A stretch of 64,000 nt of DNA from Octopus bimaculoides (taxonomy: Eukaryota). Positions 39,551 to 52,720 of this stretch are shown here, piece by piece. Location: contig NC_068992.1 in the NCBI RefSeq assembly GCF_001194135.2, forward strand, positions 52,273,287-52,337,286, given 5' to 3'. The notes under the pieces were generated by a model, which ran no database searches, was not told the origin of the DNA, and saw nothing but the letters and a program-made list of their open reading frames with translations. How positions within the stretch are numbered: the first letter of the stretch is position 1; each line of letters begins with the position of its first letter. The translations under genes and the position numbers were made by a program.

Positions 39551-40147
39551 ATAACAAATCTTGTGCGATCTAAGCTGTTGCCAGTACAAGAACAGTCTTT
39601 CAAATCCATCGACACTGTCATTGATCAGGACCAAACTGTAATTTTTCCATCTGAGTTCCTGAACTCTCTACAATCATCTGGGCTGTCACCTCACAACTTA
39701 ACATTTAAAAAGTGAGCCCCAGTCATGCTGCTCCGCAATCTGGATCTATCTCGACTGTGCAATGGCATCAGACTGGTAGTGAAAGTGATACAAGCCTATA
39801 TCTTAGAAGCAGTAACTATCGCTGGGAAATATAAGAGTGAGGATATCTTCATTCCATGGATCCCATTAATCCCTTGCTTCTCTCTTGGGCAATGATATGT
39901 AAGATGTTTGTAAGTGGGAAGTCCTGAAACTCTTTTTATTTGTACCCCACTTAAAGAACAAACTGAAAACATTGTATATTTAGAAGGTCTACAAAATTAA
40001 ACTGTGATTAGTTTCAGAATTTGTTTTAATAACTTTGTATATACTCATGTCATCTGATAGAATTTTTCTGATTTTTTATCAGAATAAATATATTAATTTC
40101 CTTTAACATTCTTTAAACTGCCAAGCAACGCCGGGTACTTAGACTAG
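39551..40147 (+). mobile_element. Helitron 3' fragment: PIF1 helicase C-terminus and CTAG terminus
   Basis: FKSIDTV..FPSEFLNSL..GLSPHNL..PVMLLRNLD..LCNGIRL..IFIPWIPLI|PCFSLGQ*YV..NIVYLE (stop 39998-40000); caagcaacgccgggtac then CTAG 40144-47 followed by T. Confidence 0.9.
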
Positions 40148-40233
40148 TATATATACATATTTGTATGTGTGTGTTTGTGTGTATACATACCTATATACAT
40201 ACATATATACACACATATGCATGCATATATGTA

Positions 40234-40268
<35 letters not shown>

Positions 40269-41728
40269 GCATACACACACATATGACTTATGGTGGAGTG
40301 GAATATGAGAAAAACCCATTATTAGCAAACATTTCTAATTCGTGCTTCTTGAGCTTCTACAGGAATTATTCCCAGGTGTTTAAACTGATGGATATTTGTT
40401 GCCTCAACTTTCAAATTTGCTAACTTGTTTCTCACTAAACCTAATAAGGCTGCACTTCAGTGCTACTCAGATGGTTTTATTTCACATCTGTGCCCTACAT
40501 AATTATTTGTAAAGGAGAATTAACTGTTTCTTAGCAATTTGAATAGGATTGGCTTCAACATTAATATCACTCCTAGACCATTTCTCAACCTCTCTTCATC
40601 TCTCTTCATTTTCACTTCTTGAGCAAGCATATTCCTAGGAGATCCATTAGATTTTTCGCTCCATTAAAAGTTTCTATTTAATGTCTCTACTGCATAAACT
40701 TTTAATTCTTCATATAAACTATTATTGATTTTTTTTTCCCAGAATATTCTGATATTATATAAGGTGAAAGGAAAATGGAGGTAGATTTAAGAGTCTATAA
40801 AATGTTCACCTTCTCTTTGACTCTCCATCTATGCATTAGCCACATCACCTTTTATAATATGGTAAATACACTCTTGGACCATATGCTGTCAGTATACATC
40901 AAAAACAATGAGTTTCAGGAAATTTGTTAGAATTACAAAGAACAGTTTTGGCATATGCTGGCTGACTTCATTAGACAAGCCATCATTTAAAATATTTCTA
41001 TCGATTTCCTTATCTATATACTTAAGTCTTTTAGATTTTGCCAGCGTAATTTGTTTCTGACAACATTTGTCATCAAACTTCAATGACAGAGATGTCAGTT
41101 GGTAACAAGGTAAACGTCTTGCAAACAAACATTTATGAGAGTAATTGAAGTAACTGTGAAACATAATATTTAATTTCCTTGTACTTATGTGTACAAATAA
41201 ACTGAAGACATAGACGACAAGTGAATTTAACGACTCAGTATATTCATTTCATTTGCCTGAAACAATTGATATTCAGGATAATTGAGAGATTTCAATGAAA
41301 TTTTTTTGTACAAGTTTCTAAAATAGGTTCAAGGCTAACAGTTTTGAGTTGAAGGGTTTACTGATAACCACCTAATCCAGTGCTTTGCTGATACTATATT
41401 GTATCTAGCCTTGAGAAACGAAACTCAAATTTGACACAAATGGGATATGAAATCAGTATATAAACTTTCAGAAGTAACCCCCAAGACATTCTCCCAACAA
41501 ACTGGTTTTAATGACAATTACCTGGTACTAAATATTATGAGGTAAATCAAAACAAACTTTATAATTTATTCATGAGCAGAAAATCCAAAGCATTAAGTAC
41601 CATAATAACATTTTAAAAATTGACAAAAACATGGTCATACCTATCTGGCTCATAAGTTCTCTTTGGAACTCAAAGTTCTAATGGGTAGCACCTTGCCATT
41701 ACTAAAGGTTTGGGAGGTAAATTTTGTA

Positions 41729-42052
41729 GGCACTTGTGCCGGTGGCATGTGTAAATTCGAGCGAGATCGTTGCCAGTGCTGCTGGACTGGCTCTCGTGCA
41801 GGTGGCACATACAATACACCATTTTGAGCATGGCCCGTTGCCAGTACCGCCTGACTGGCCTTCGTGCCGGTGGCACGTAAAAGCACCTACTATACTCTTG
41901 GAGTGGTTGGCGTTAGGAAGGGCATCCAGCTGTAGAAACTCTGCCAAATCAGATTGGAGCCTGGTTTAGCCATCTGGTTCACCAGTCCTCAGCTAAATCA
42001 TCCAACCCTTGCTAACATGGAAAGCGGACGTTAAGCGATGATGATGATGATG

Positions 42053-42053
<1 letters not shown>
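41729..42053 (+). mobile_element. RTE 3' UTR with internal tandem units and (GAT)n tail
   Basis: ggttggcgttaggaagggcatccagctgtagaaactctgcc..gaaagcggacgttaagcgatgatg. Confidence 0.85.
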
Positions 42054-42098
<45 letters not shown>

Positions 42099-42816
42099 AT
42101 ATATACATATATACAGCATAAATGTGAGTGTACGTGGTTATGTATGTGTGTTTAGCCTTGAAAGTTTACTCTTGAGAAAAACGATTTTGATTTTCAAAAT
42201 CTGCATGCCAAAGATGGCTGTAAGTATAATCTCATTCTTATTGGGTTCTGAGTAACAGATTTAACTTATTCAATCGATGAAGCAGGAAGCCACAGGAATA
42301 CATGTGTCCTATAATTCAATGATGTCATTCACAGCTCCTGAAAATGCATTTTCACACACGCTTAGTAGGAAAATTTTGTTCTGAAATCTTTTCCTGTGAA
42401 AGGTCATATAAAAGCTGAATACACTCGAACATATTAAATATTATTTAACCTGAATATATTTCATTCAACGTTATTTTCTGCAACATTATTCATTTAATAG
42501 TAACTTGATCAAACATTATGTGTACCAGCAAGGGTTTTGTGTGCTGTTTTAATAAGAATAATTTTGGACTGTGAGTTACAGATCTGGCTTTTGTTGCCGA
42601 TAAAACAGAATGTAACAGAAACACAGTTGTCCTATGATCCATTGACATCACCCACCATCAATGAAAAGATGTTTTCACATCTCACAGATGATAATTTTGT
42701 TCTGAGATTATTTTCTGGCTGAAGCACCTTATGATGTCCAAATACACTTCAATGTATTCAATAAGATGAATATATTTTACTCAGCTTTGCTTCATGTGCC
42801 ATTACATGCGTGTGTA

Positions 42817-42861
<45 letters not shown>

Positions 42862-44025
42862 ATGTGTCTTCTTTCTTTACATCAAACAATAATTTTAATT
42901 TCACTGTCATAGAAGTGGTGCTGTTTGATTGCAATCTTCACTGAAAGCATGTCCTGACTATGTGAAGGTATCATTTTTGCATGTAAACAGTAGAATATAA
43001 GTGACAGAAAGTGCATTTGGACAAGGAAATATCTGCTCCAATGGATCCTGTGTAAACACAAAAATTTTGACATGATGATGATGATAATAACATCATGGAT
43101 AAAAAAAATATGACAGCAATGAAGATGATAATAATGACTAAGAGATCACACCTAAATCACAGCTTGGCAAATAAAACTCGAATAATGAGATAAGTGTTTG
43201 CTGGAAGTCCAAACTTTGATAAATCAATTGGTCTGAGTCAAATGGCCATTAAGCAGTAAAAATTAATCAAGCGGCTTATTAGCTGAATTTTATCTTTAGG
43301 GTGTTAATTCACAATGTTCAAAGGCAGATATTTTTTTTTTATGATTCATATGTGAAGGGTGAACCCAAATCACTGAATACAATATTCATCATTAATAACT
43401 TAAAAGAAAAAACTGCTTATTTCAATAATATTTTGAATTTTTTTTTTTTTTGTGATGGTATTCAATGAAATTTTTGAAATCAAAAAGATCAATATTTTAA
43501 AGTAAGCCATATATTGACACTTTATATTGGAATTAGGTCACAACACGTGAAAATGAAAATAACAAAAGTTTGGCAAAATGCAAAATAGAATACTGAAAAT
43601 ATTCAAGACAGTTGTGTATGCATTTATACATACATACATACATACATACATACATACATACATACAGACATACGTGTGTGTGTGTGTGTACCCATACATA
43701 TATGCATGTATACATACATACATATAGGCATACACACACACTTACACATACATGCACACATATATATACTGTGATTTGACTTGAACACATTCATACCTTC
43801 AGTATAACATGGTCACAAAGAATGCTACTCTCTTTAAACTCAGACACACACACACACACACACACATCTGAAGTGCTGTGTTAAGTGTTTGAACATGGAA
43901 TTCTTACTGTGAAGTTGAGATTTAAATCTTACAATGTGGTACCATAGGTAGGTAACTTCTGCTTTAGTTTCAAGCTGAACTGGGGCTTGTTAGTGGAACT
44001 GATACTGAGAAAATATGTAAGCCTG

Positions 44026-44075
<50 letters not shown>

Positions 44076-44477
44076 ACGCATGTATGCATGTGTGTGTGCA
44101 TACATGTGTATGTATTATTGAGCACACATACTCAATGTTCTAATGGAGTACTGAAAGTGACTGCGACACCAAAACATTGGATTGGAGGAAGAGAGATGGC
44201 CTAAAGAGAGAAACCAATGGTCTGAGCCTGGCAGCAAAAGATGCATAAGGAAAGAGATTGACCTGGACATCATCAATAGAAAATGCAGATGCTGCAATAC
44301 ATATGATGAGACAGTTGCACATATGACATAGAGTACCCAAAATGCACACAAAAATACTGCAAAAGGTTGTGGTATGACATAGTTGTGGCTACCCTTCAGT
44401 GGAAAATTTGCCAGCTCTTCACTTTTGACCGTGTAGAAAGATAGTAGGAACACAAAGTGGCAAAGGCTCAGAATAAT

Positions 44478-44679
44478 CCTTTCTACAATAGGCAAAGGCC
44501 TGGAGTGGGACAATCGATCACAACGACCTCAGTACATGACTGGTACTTACTTATCGACCCCCGAAAGGATGAAAGGTAAAGTCGACCTCGCCACAATTTA
44601 TACTAAGTATGTAGGGGCAGACAAAATACTGCTAAGCATTTTGCCCAGCATGCAAAACATTTTGCCAGTTCACCATTTT
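44478..44679 (-). mobile_element. SINE-C nested in the R4/Dong relic
   Basis: Flanked by aaaggctcagaataat (44462-77) and aaaggttctgaataat (44680-95), 14/16 identical. Confidence 0.8.
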
Positions 44680-44849
44680 AAAGGTTCTGAATAATGCCAA
44701 AGTGAAGATGTCGTATGAAATGAAGATACTGACTGTCAACACAACTGAAAATTCTAGACTTAATATTGTGTTCCTAGGTAAGAATTGAACCTGCCTGCTG
44801 ATAGATGAACGACTTTGATAACAAAGTAAGAAAAAAAGGAAACATAGAC

Positions 44850-45011
44850 GCAGAAGTGGCTTTGTGGTAAGTAGCTTGCTTGCGAACCACATGGTTCTCG
44901 GTTCAATCCCACTGCGTGGCACCTTGGGCAAGTGTCTTCTACTATAGCCTCGGGCCGACCAAAGCCTTGTGAGTGGATTTGGTAGACGGAAACTGAAAGA
45001 AGCCCGTCGTA

Positions 45012-45042
<31 letters not shown>

Positions 45043-45228
45043 NNNNNNNNNNNNNNNNNNNNNNNNNNNNNNNNNNNNNNNNNNNNNNNNNNNNNNNNNN
45101 NNNNNNNNNNNNNNNNNNNNNNNNNNNNNNNNNNNNNNNNNNNNNNNNNNNNNNNNNNNNNNNNNNNNNNNNNNNNNNNNNNNNNNNNNNNNNNNNNNNN
45201 NNNNNNNNNNNNNNNNNNNNNNNNNNNN

Positions 45229-45277
<49 letters not shown>

Positions 45278-45510
45278 ATGCGTGGGTGTATATGTTTGTA
45301 TGTGTCTGTGTTTGTCCCCCCAGCATCACTTGACAACCGATGCTGGTGTGTTTACGTCCCAGTAACCTAGCAGTTTGGCAAAAGAGACCGATAAAATAAG
45401 TACTAGGCTTACAAAGAATAAGTCCTGGGGTCCATTTGCTCGACTAAAGGCGGTGCTGCAGCATGGCCACAGTCAAATGACTGAAACAAGTAAAAGAGTA
45501 AAAGAGTAAA
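44850..45510 (+). mobile_element. Full-length SINE-A with central (TA)n (gapped)
   Basis: Head gcagaagtggctttgtggtaag, CORE-like ggcaccttgggcaagtg, 3' module ending gtaaaagagtaaaagag. Confidence 0.9.
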
Positions 45511-46419
45511 AATTTATAAAACTGGTAGATATGACTTGTGGATTCAGATTGAAATTATATATAGTATTGCAGAAAATTTTGAATCATTTGGTTCAGTGAC
45601 CAGTAAATTGGAAGGGTGGATGAAGAAGATGGGAACTGAAGCCAATACAACACTACTTCAAAAAGCTTGGTTATTAAGATCAGGGAAGATCATAAGAAGG
45701 TTCCAAGGTTCCTAAAGTGACAGGAAGTGACATTGTACTATGAATAGCAAGAGCTAAATGGCATCTGTAAAGCTGTGATTGGGATGATGATAATAATAAG
45801 AGTAATAATAACAAGAATAACAATCATCATCATCATCATCATCATCGTTTAACAACGACAATGACAATAAAAACAACTATGTGAAGTATTGTGTTAAATC
45901 AAAGTGAAACATTGGAATTCCATCGTATAAGTCTGTTAGTTACAGTCTATGTAGATGTACATGGAACAGATCTTTTAATTAAGAAGAGGTTGTTGAACAT
46001 TTCCATGGTAAAAAAGTTTCTTGCTTAGAAAGCCAAAACATAATTAAAATTAAAAAAAAAAGAAAAAAAAATCAAAGGCTACGACAGGCCAGTCACTATC
46101 TATTTACACTCATGTTTAAAATCAGTACAAACAAATTGTTTTCAGACAGCTACTGTTAAGAAGAAATTTCTGTGACTTTAAATCAATCAAGTTCTGCCAA
46201 AAATAATAGGAATTTTTATGTATTTATTTTCATTTATTTTTCTATTCTCCCCCCCACCCCCACCCTTGTTCTTCATTAAATTTTTATATACATTTGTACT
46301 TATAGCAAGCAACAATATGATATATATCAAGTTTTGTCTGCTGCTGAGAGAACCACAGATTGATTTGGTTAAATATATCATCGCCAGAACGATGATGATG
46401 TTGATCATTGGATGATTAG

Positions 46420-46474
<55 letters not shown>

Positions 46475-47262
46475 GTTGTTATTGATATTGTTATGAGGAA
46501 AGAAAGGAGGAGAAAGCTAACATCTAGTTTTCCATGTAAGCATAGTTTGGATGTGTCAGCAATATAGGTCTGCTTCCTTTTATTATTATTTTTTTTTTTT
46601 TTCCGCCTTCCAATTCCACATCACTTCTTCCAAAGAGTCTCAATCTTTTCTGATTTGATCTAATTAATCTATCCAATCTTCTCCAAGTAACCTGTAATTC
46701 AGGTAACAACTTCTAATACAATCTATAAACTGATATTTTTTTTTTTTTTTTTGCACTCATGATACAGCATACATTTGAATTAAATCTCCATAATTACACA
46801 AGAAATTTTTCCATGACTATGGACAGTAAAATATATTGACCTTAATACTGAATAGGTGGATATTTTATTGATGGTATTCATTCAACAAAGTTGGCCTTCA
46901 CTGGATTTGAACTCAGACCAACACTGAAAAGAATCATAACATATTCACTGCTGCTTTACTGATTCTGTCAGTGTTGAGTATGAAGTGGCAGGAACATAGG
47001 AATAGTTCATTTTTGTATCTAACTTGCAAAATTCTTTATGTGAATTCATATTCTGAAACAAATTTTGTTGCGTCTGGGGAGGGTCATACTGCCTAAATAT
47101 CTAACACACTCACTGGTTCAATTTCCACTCATTTATTTATTCATTTATTTCGTGTCTTCTAAAATTTTTTGTTGCTTTTGCAATCTTGCTGACGGATGTT
47201 GTTTTAAGATGAAACAACTAAAGTTAGAATGCATGTGTACATATGTGAGTTCTAGAGCCCCG

Positions 47263-47475
47263 TGGCTTAGTGGTTAGGGTGTTGCGCTCATAACTCTAAG
47301 ATTGTGGTTTTGATCCCTGGGCTGGACAATGCCTTGTGCTCTTGAGCAAACACTTTATTTCATGTTGCTCAGATCTACTCAGCTGACAAAATGAGTAATT
47401 CTACAATGGACCAGTGTTCTGTGTAGGGGAAAATACATATGCCTCAGAGTTGGGGAAACCAGTCTTATGAGCCAA
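47263..47475 (+). mobile_element. SINE-F head with an OR-variant-like tail
   Basis: A box gtggcttagtggttaggg; tail atggacc..gggaaacc..atgagcc resembles the tail of the 34920 copy. Confidence 0.65.
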
Positions 47476-47988
47476 TGACTTGAGAAAGTCCTTTGCTCCT
47501 TTTCTTTGTATATGTGTGTATGTGTGTGTGTGTGTGGTGGTGGTGGTGGTGAGGAGGAGGAGGAGGAGGAGGAGGAGGTTGTATCCACNNNNNNNNNNNN
47601 NNNNNNNNNNNNNNNNNNNNNNNNNNNNNNNNNNNNNNNNNNNNNNNNNNNNNNNNNNNNNNNNNNNNNNNNNNNNNNNNNNNNNNNNNNNNNNNNNNNN
47701 NNNNNNNNNNNNNNNNNNNNNNNNNNNNNNNNNNNNNNNNNNNNNNNNNNNNNNNNNNNNNNNNNNNNNNNNNNNNNNNNNNNNNNNNNNNNNNNNNNNN
47801 NNNNNNNNNNNNNNNNNNNNNNNNNNNNNNNNNNNNNNNNNNNNNNNNNNNNNNNNNNNNNNNNNNNNNNNNNNNNNNNNNNNNNNNNNNNNNNNNNNNN
47901 NNNNNNNNNNNNNNNNNNNNNNNNNNNNNNNNNNNNNNNNNNNNNNNNNNNNNNNNNNNNNNNAAGAAAGAAATGTTTTATTGAGCAT

Positions 47989-47989
47989 A

Positions 47990-48044
<55 letters not shown>

Positions 48045-48062
48045 TGTAGTAGCAGCAGCAGC

Positions 48063-48109
<47 letters not shown>

Positions 48110-48168
48110 CAGCAGCAGCAGTGGCAGTAGCAGCAGAAGCAGCAATAGCAGCAGTAGTAGTAGTAGTA
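47989..48168. repeat. (TAG)n/(CAG)n trinucleotide tract
   Basis: Read directly. Confidence 0.95.
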
Positions 48169-48614
48169 GGAACCCAACACAGTGAAAAGTAACAAGTTCC
48201 ATACATTACTTCTTAATACTTTTGTGTTTTCACTTTGCCCCACAAGAAAAAAAAAAAAAAAAAAANNNNNNNNNNAATCCAAAAAAATCTATGCAATGAA
48301 TCTTTTATTCAGCCAGTTTAAAAGTCAATTCAGTAGTTATTTCAGTTCACCAAACCAATTTAATGACATCAAACAATGCTTCACTAGTTGTTAGACTCTT
48401 TTTCCTCACATTGTCTGAGAATTTTCAATAAGCAATTTTCAATCAGCTTCAAATCAGGAAACTCAGAAACATTTTCAGCCACATCTAAAGAATGGTTACT
48501 AAAATGATTGGTATGAATTCATTCACCAAAATACTCCCAACTTCTGGCTTAACTATGCCCTCTCTAGTCCTTCTCTGCATTTCATTTGTTTACCCCTATT
48601 ATTAATGCTCCTTG

Positions 48615-48957
48615 TGGAGGCGCAATGGCCCAGTGGTTAGGGCAGCGGACTCGCGGTCATAGGATTGCGGTTTCGATTCCCAGACCAGGCGTTGTGAGTG
48701 TTTATTGAGCGAAAACACCTAAAGCTCTACGAGGCTCTGGCAGGGGATGGTGGTGAACCCTGCTGTACTCTTTCACCACAACTTTCTCTCACTCTTACTT
48801 CCTGTTTCTGTTGTGCCTGTAATTCAAAGGGTCAGCCTTGTCACACTGTGTCACGCTGAATATCCCCGAGAACTACGTTAAGGGTACACGTGTCTGTGGA
48901 GTGCTCAGCCACTTGCACGTTAATTTCATGAGCAGGCTGTTCTGTTGATCGGATCAA
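48615..48957 (+). mobile_element. OR-type tRNA-Arg-derived SINE lacking its 3' tip
   Basis: Close match to the reverse complement of 22530-22880; stops at ggatcaac. Confidence 0.9.
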
Positions 48958-48989
48958 CACTTCAAAGCTGATTTGTTTTTTAGTTACAT

Positions 48990-49140
48990 CTACTCAGGTA
49001 CTTCTGATTCACACAAATCTGTTCTTCTCTCATCAGATATATTTTGTCCAAATCCTGTGTTAACCACTAATCCTAGGTCTTCCTCCCCATGATGTATCCT
49101 CTCTAGAATTATACCATTCAATAGGTTTTTCACTCACAGA
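48990..49140 (-). mobile_element. Possible CR1/L2 RT C-terminal scrap
   Basis: LNGIILERIHHGEEDLGLVVN resembles YxLNGxxL..EKDLGVxV. Confidence 0.4.
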
Positions 49141-49788
49141 TATTCTGGAGAAAAATTTAGTGTATTGATATAACTGGTCTCAGAGGGCTTGTAAAGGCCA
49201 GGAGCATGGGGCCCTTCTTCCAGATAAAACCAATTTAAAAACAAACGAAAAAAAGATAAAAACAAATTGAAGTTATAAATTGTAAAGAAATGTCTGTCTA
49301 TTCTCTGAAGAAATGGAAAGCTTTTTGCAAAAGTTGGTTATAAAATGTGCGTCTGGGGAATATAGATTGAATTGAACAAAACTCAGAGAATATATTAAAA
49401 GAAGAAAAAAATGATGAATATTTCTCAAGATAACCATATTCTTTATGGTTATTCCTGATACTTTCTGTAGAAAAATAGTTATATTTTCACAAAAAAAACT
49501 TTCTGTTGAGGGATTTGCCAATTGTTGTTGGTATTGCTGTTGCTGTTGATGCTGTAGTTGTTCATATAATTCCAAAAGTTCAAAGATTAATTTAAAATTT
49601 CTGTTTGTCATGTGATGCTTTCAACAAGATTGGAAATATATTGAGAATGCTATATAGATTGGCTAGTATTTTAATAGAAAAGACTAACCTACTGAGATAG
49701 ATAAATCTTTGTGTATGTGATGTACATAGATATAATATGTACACATATAATATACATGCATGTGTTTATATATAATATATACGCACAT

Positions 49789-49839
<51 letters not shown>

Positions 49840-50100
49840 GTATGTATGTATGTATATGAGTGTGTGTGTGCATGCATATTTATGTGTATGTATGGACTTA
49901 TGTACATATATTTATATACACAGAGCAAGAAAGATAACGTATATCAATAAGTAAGCAGATAATCAGATAGATAAGTTGATAGTATAGATATATATAGATA
50001 TCAAACAAGAGAACTGTATAGTGAATGTAAAAGGGAGATATGAAGGATATAAGGATAATGAAGGAGTGCAATAAATCTCAGGAGAATGAGACAGGGAATA

Positions 50101-50153
<53 letters not shown>

Positions 50154-50355
50154 GAGAATAAAGTAGAAAGTTAGATAGGAGGATAGAGAGAATAAAGCAC
50201 TAGGAAACAGAATAAGCACAGAGGTACAGAGAGACGAAGTGTGAGATAGAGAGAGAGAGAAAGAAAGATAGGGAGAGGAGAAGCAGCAAGGATAAATCGA
50301 AGATAAAGTGAATGATAAGTAGAGACTGAGAGGGTGATTGAGAAAAGAAGACAAT

Positions 50356-50450
<95 letters not shown>

Positions 50451-50520
50451 NNNNNNNNNNNNNNNNNNNNNNNNNNNNNNNNNNNNNNNNNNNNNNNNNN
50501 NNNNNTATATACATACACAC

Positions 50521-50551
<31 letters not shown>

Positions 50552-50905
50552 CATATCCTTGCTCCTTTCTCCTCACCCTGTCTTTCTCTGTCTCTCTTCT
50601 ATCTCAATTGAAGAAGGAAGATATTATGTAAGCAACAGGAAAAATACTGAAGAGAGAGCGAGCTCTAGGATGAAGTGTGCAGTGATGTGCTAGGAAAGTA
50701 AAGGATAGGAAGATTATGAGAGAGAGAGAGAGAGTGTGTGTGTGTGTGTGTGTCTATGTTGGCTTCCGAGTATGTAAATAGTTAAAACAATTAGTGATAG
50801 CATGGTACATGTTACCAATGTATATTTGTTCACAAGTATTGGTTTCTCTGTAGTGTACTATAAAGTACTATGTGTGTGCGTGTGTGTGTTAGAGAACTGA
50901 TTTAT

Positions 50906-51915
50906 TTAACCAAAGTTTGATCCATATTCATTTATGACCTTCACCCAATGTTTCTCTAAGTCATAAATTCCATCTTTAAAAAAAAAAAATTATCTTTTGC
51001 TGTAATAAACCGTCTGAATGCTTGAATTACCTCTTCTCTATTTAAGAATGTTTTATTGCTTATGAAAAGCTCAAGATGCTTAAATAAGTGATGATCAGTA
51101 TGAGAGATATCAGGGGAATAGGGAGGATGTTGCAAAATCTCATAATTCAGGCTGTGCAACTTTTGGACCGTAGCTTGAGAAGTGTGAAGACATGCATTGT
51201 TGTGGGATAAAATTGAGCCATTTCTATTCACTTGTCTGGTTTGCTTCTTTTTCAAATTCTCATGCATACAATAAATTTCCTGGCAATACGATGTTGCTGT
51301 TATCGTTTTTTCTTGTTACAAAAATGAACAATGAATAACCACCTTCACAGACCACCATACAGTGATCACTTACGTTTTAGAGTGCAATGGCGGTTTTGAG
51401 TAGTGTTTAGGTGACTCCCCTGCATCTAATCACTGTCCTTTTCTTCTGCTGTTATCAAAGATTATCCATTTCTCATCACACATAATGGTTCTTTTTCCAG
51501 TTGAAAAAGCAACAAGGAGCACACTTCGAGGTGCCTGTTTTTTTAAATCTCATTCAGCTGACATGAAACAAATCTATCCTTTTCTTGCCTTTTCCAATTT
51601 TTTTTCAGGTGTTGAGGAACAGTTGTGCAAGATGTTTGGAATTCTGATGGAAGTTTTCAGAACATTGTTCTCGGATTTTGTTCAACCAAAGCGTATAATC
51701 CACAATGCTGAGTTACTGATTTTGGCCTCCCCCTTGGTTCATTTTCAAGGCTATCATCTCTTGAATGGGATCTTTGTAACCATCTCTGAACAGTTCTGAT
51801 GTCAACAAAACCATTACCAAAAGCCTACTTGATATTCTGTAGAGTTTCTGCAGCAGAGTGACCCAGTTTGTACTCATACAAGAAAATCACTCAACATTGT
51901 TTGGTTGTTATTTTC
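50906..51915 (-). mobile_element. Near full-length decayed mariner (DD34D) transposase
   Basis: IFLYEYKLGHSAAET..RTVQRW, CDEKWIIFDN, VWWS, HNNACLH, HPPYSPDISHTDHHLF, C-terminus GIYDLEKHWVKVINEYG; several stops and frameshifts. Confidence 0.92.
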
Positions 51916-52199
51916 ATCAGGTCTGTTGGTATGAATTTTGTATACCAATATAGTTTGGAAAGAAAAGAGTCAAGATTAAAATACAAGGGTATACATAATT
52001 GAGTTTTTAAACGACTGAAATAACAAGTAATTAAAAATGTAACAATTCATGTGTGACTCTGTTTTATGAATCCATCTTGGGACCACCTATTTTAGATTTA
52101 TCAAATGAGGTATTTATTAACAGAGGAAACAAAATTCACCTATTGATTAAACATGTGTATTTATTAAAATGCATACATATGTGAATACAAAAATAGAAA

Positions 52200-52720
52200 C
52201 ATTATGAACAATGTTGTTGAATGAAAAATTTGTTGGGGTTTGTTTGCTGGATGCTTTGTTTGCAACTCTGCTTTGATTTTTATCCTCGAGAGTTCTAAAA
52301 AGATTCATGTCACTGAAATCAAAACCTTCAAGGCCACTTTCTTATCGAGCGAGATAGTGTCTCATTTCAGCTGGTGTTGCAGGCTCCAGACCTCTTTCAT
52401 CAAGATCAATATCAGAATCGCCATCTTCATCTCCTTCGGTTTCATACTCAGATTGTCGAATTTCATGAATGATCTCGTCTAGTTTTACTTCTTCAATGAT
52501 GATCTCTGGAGCAACAACAGCCCCATCATCTACAGACAACCAGTTCTCAAATCGCCTTTTGGTCAATCCAGGGGGCGGTGAAGGTAGGATCAAATCTTTA
52601 TTAACATCTATGGCTTCATTTGATTCTTTGTTTGAAACAAAACCAGCTATGATCCAACAATTTTTTATTGTCTGGTGCCAGTCATCGAGTATGGTTCAAT
52701 TACGATTTCACTTGTCCCAT
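52200..52720 (-). mobile_element. pogo/Tigger transposase C-terminal relic
   Basis: WDK..TIKNCWIIAGF, FENWLSVDD..acidic tract, terminal KQTPTNF similar to the KQxxIxxFF end of Tigger proteins. Confidence 0.75.

Larger units (their letters stand above)
44130..45820 (+). mobile_element. R4/Dong-clade (restriction-like endonuclease) LINE 3' fragment split by two SINEs
   Basis: WRKRDGLKRETNGLSLAA, CRCCNTYDETVAH, YDIVVATLQWK, KVLNNAKVK..RLNIVFL..TCLLID, FGSVT..LLQKAWLLRSGKIIRR*, then TAA-rich tail. Confidence 0.8.

Noticed and set aside
43010-43075. EGF-like peptide AFGQGNICSNGSCVNT
   Set aside because: It lacks the first and last cysteines, ends in a stop, and has weak splice signals; likely chance.
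45460-45495. cagtc-aaat-gactg-aaac hairpin at the SINE-A 3' end resembling half a hammerhead
   Set aside because: No CUGANGA core and no helix I.
22800-48690. tRNA-Arg(TCG)-like sequences at 22800-22880, 35150-35224 and 48615-48690
   Set aside because: They are SINE heads followed by SINE bodies, with no proper acceptor stem or terminator.
49273-49611. Poly-Q-containing ORF
   Set aside because: The Q run is a short degenerate trinucleotide repeat; there is no credible donor site or homology.
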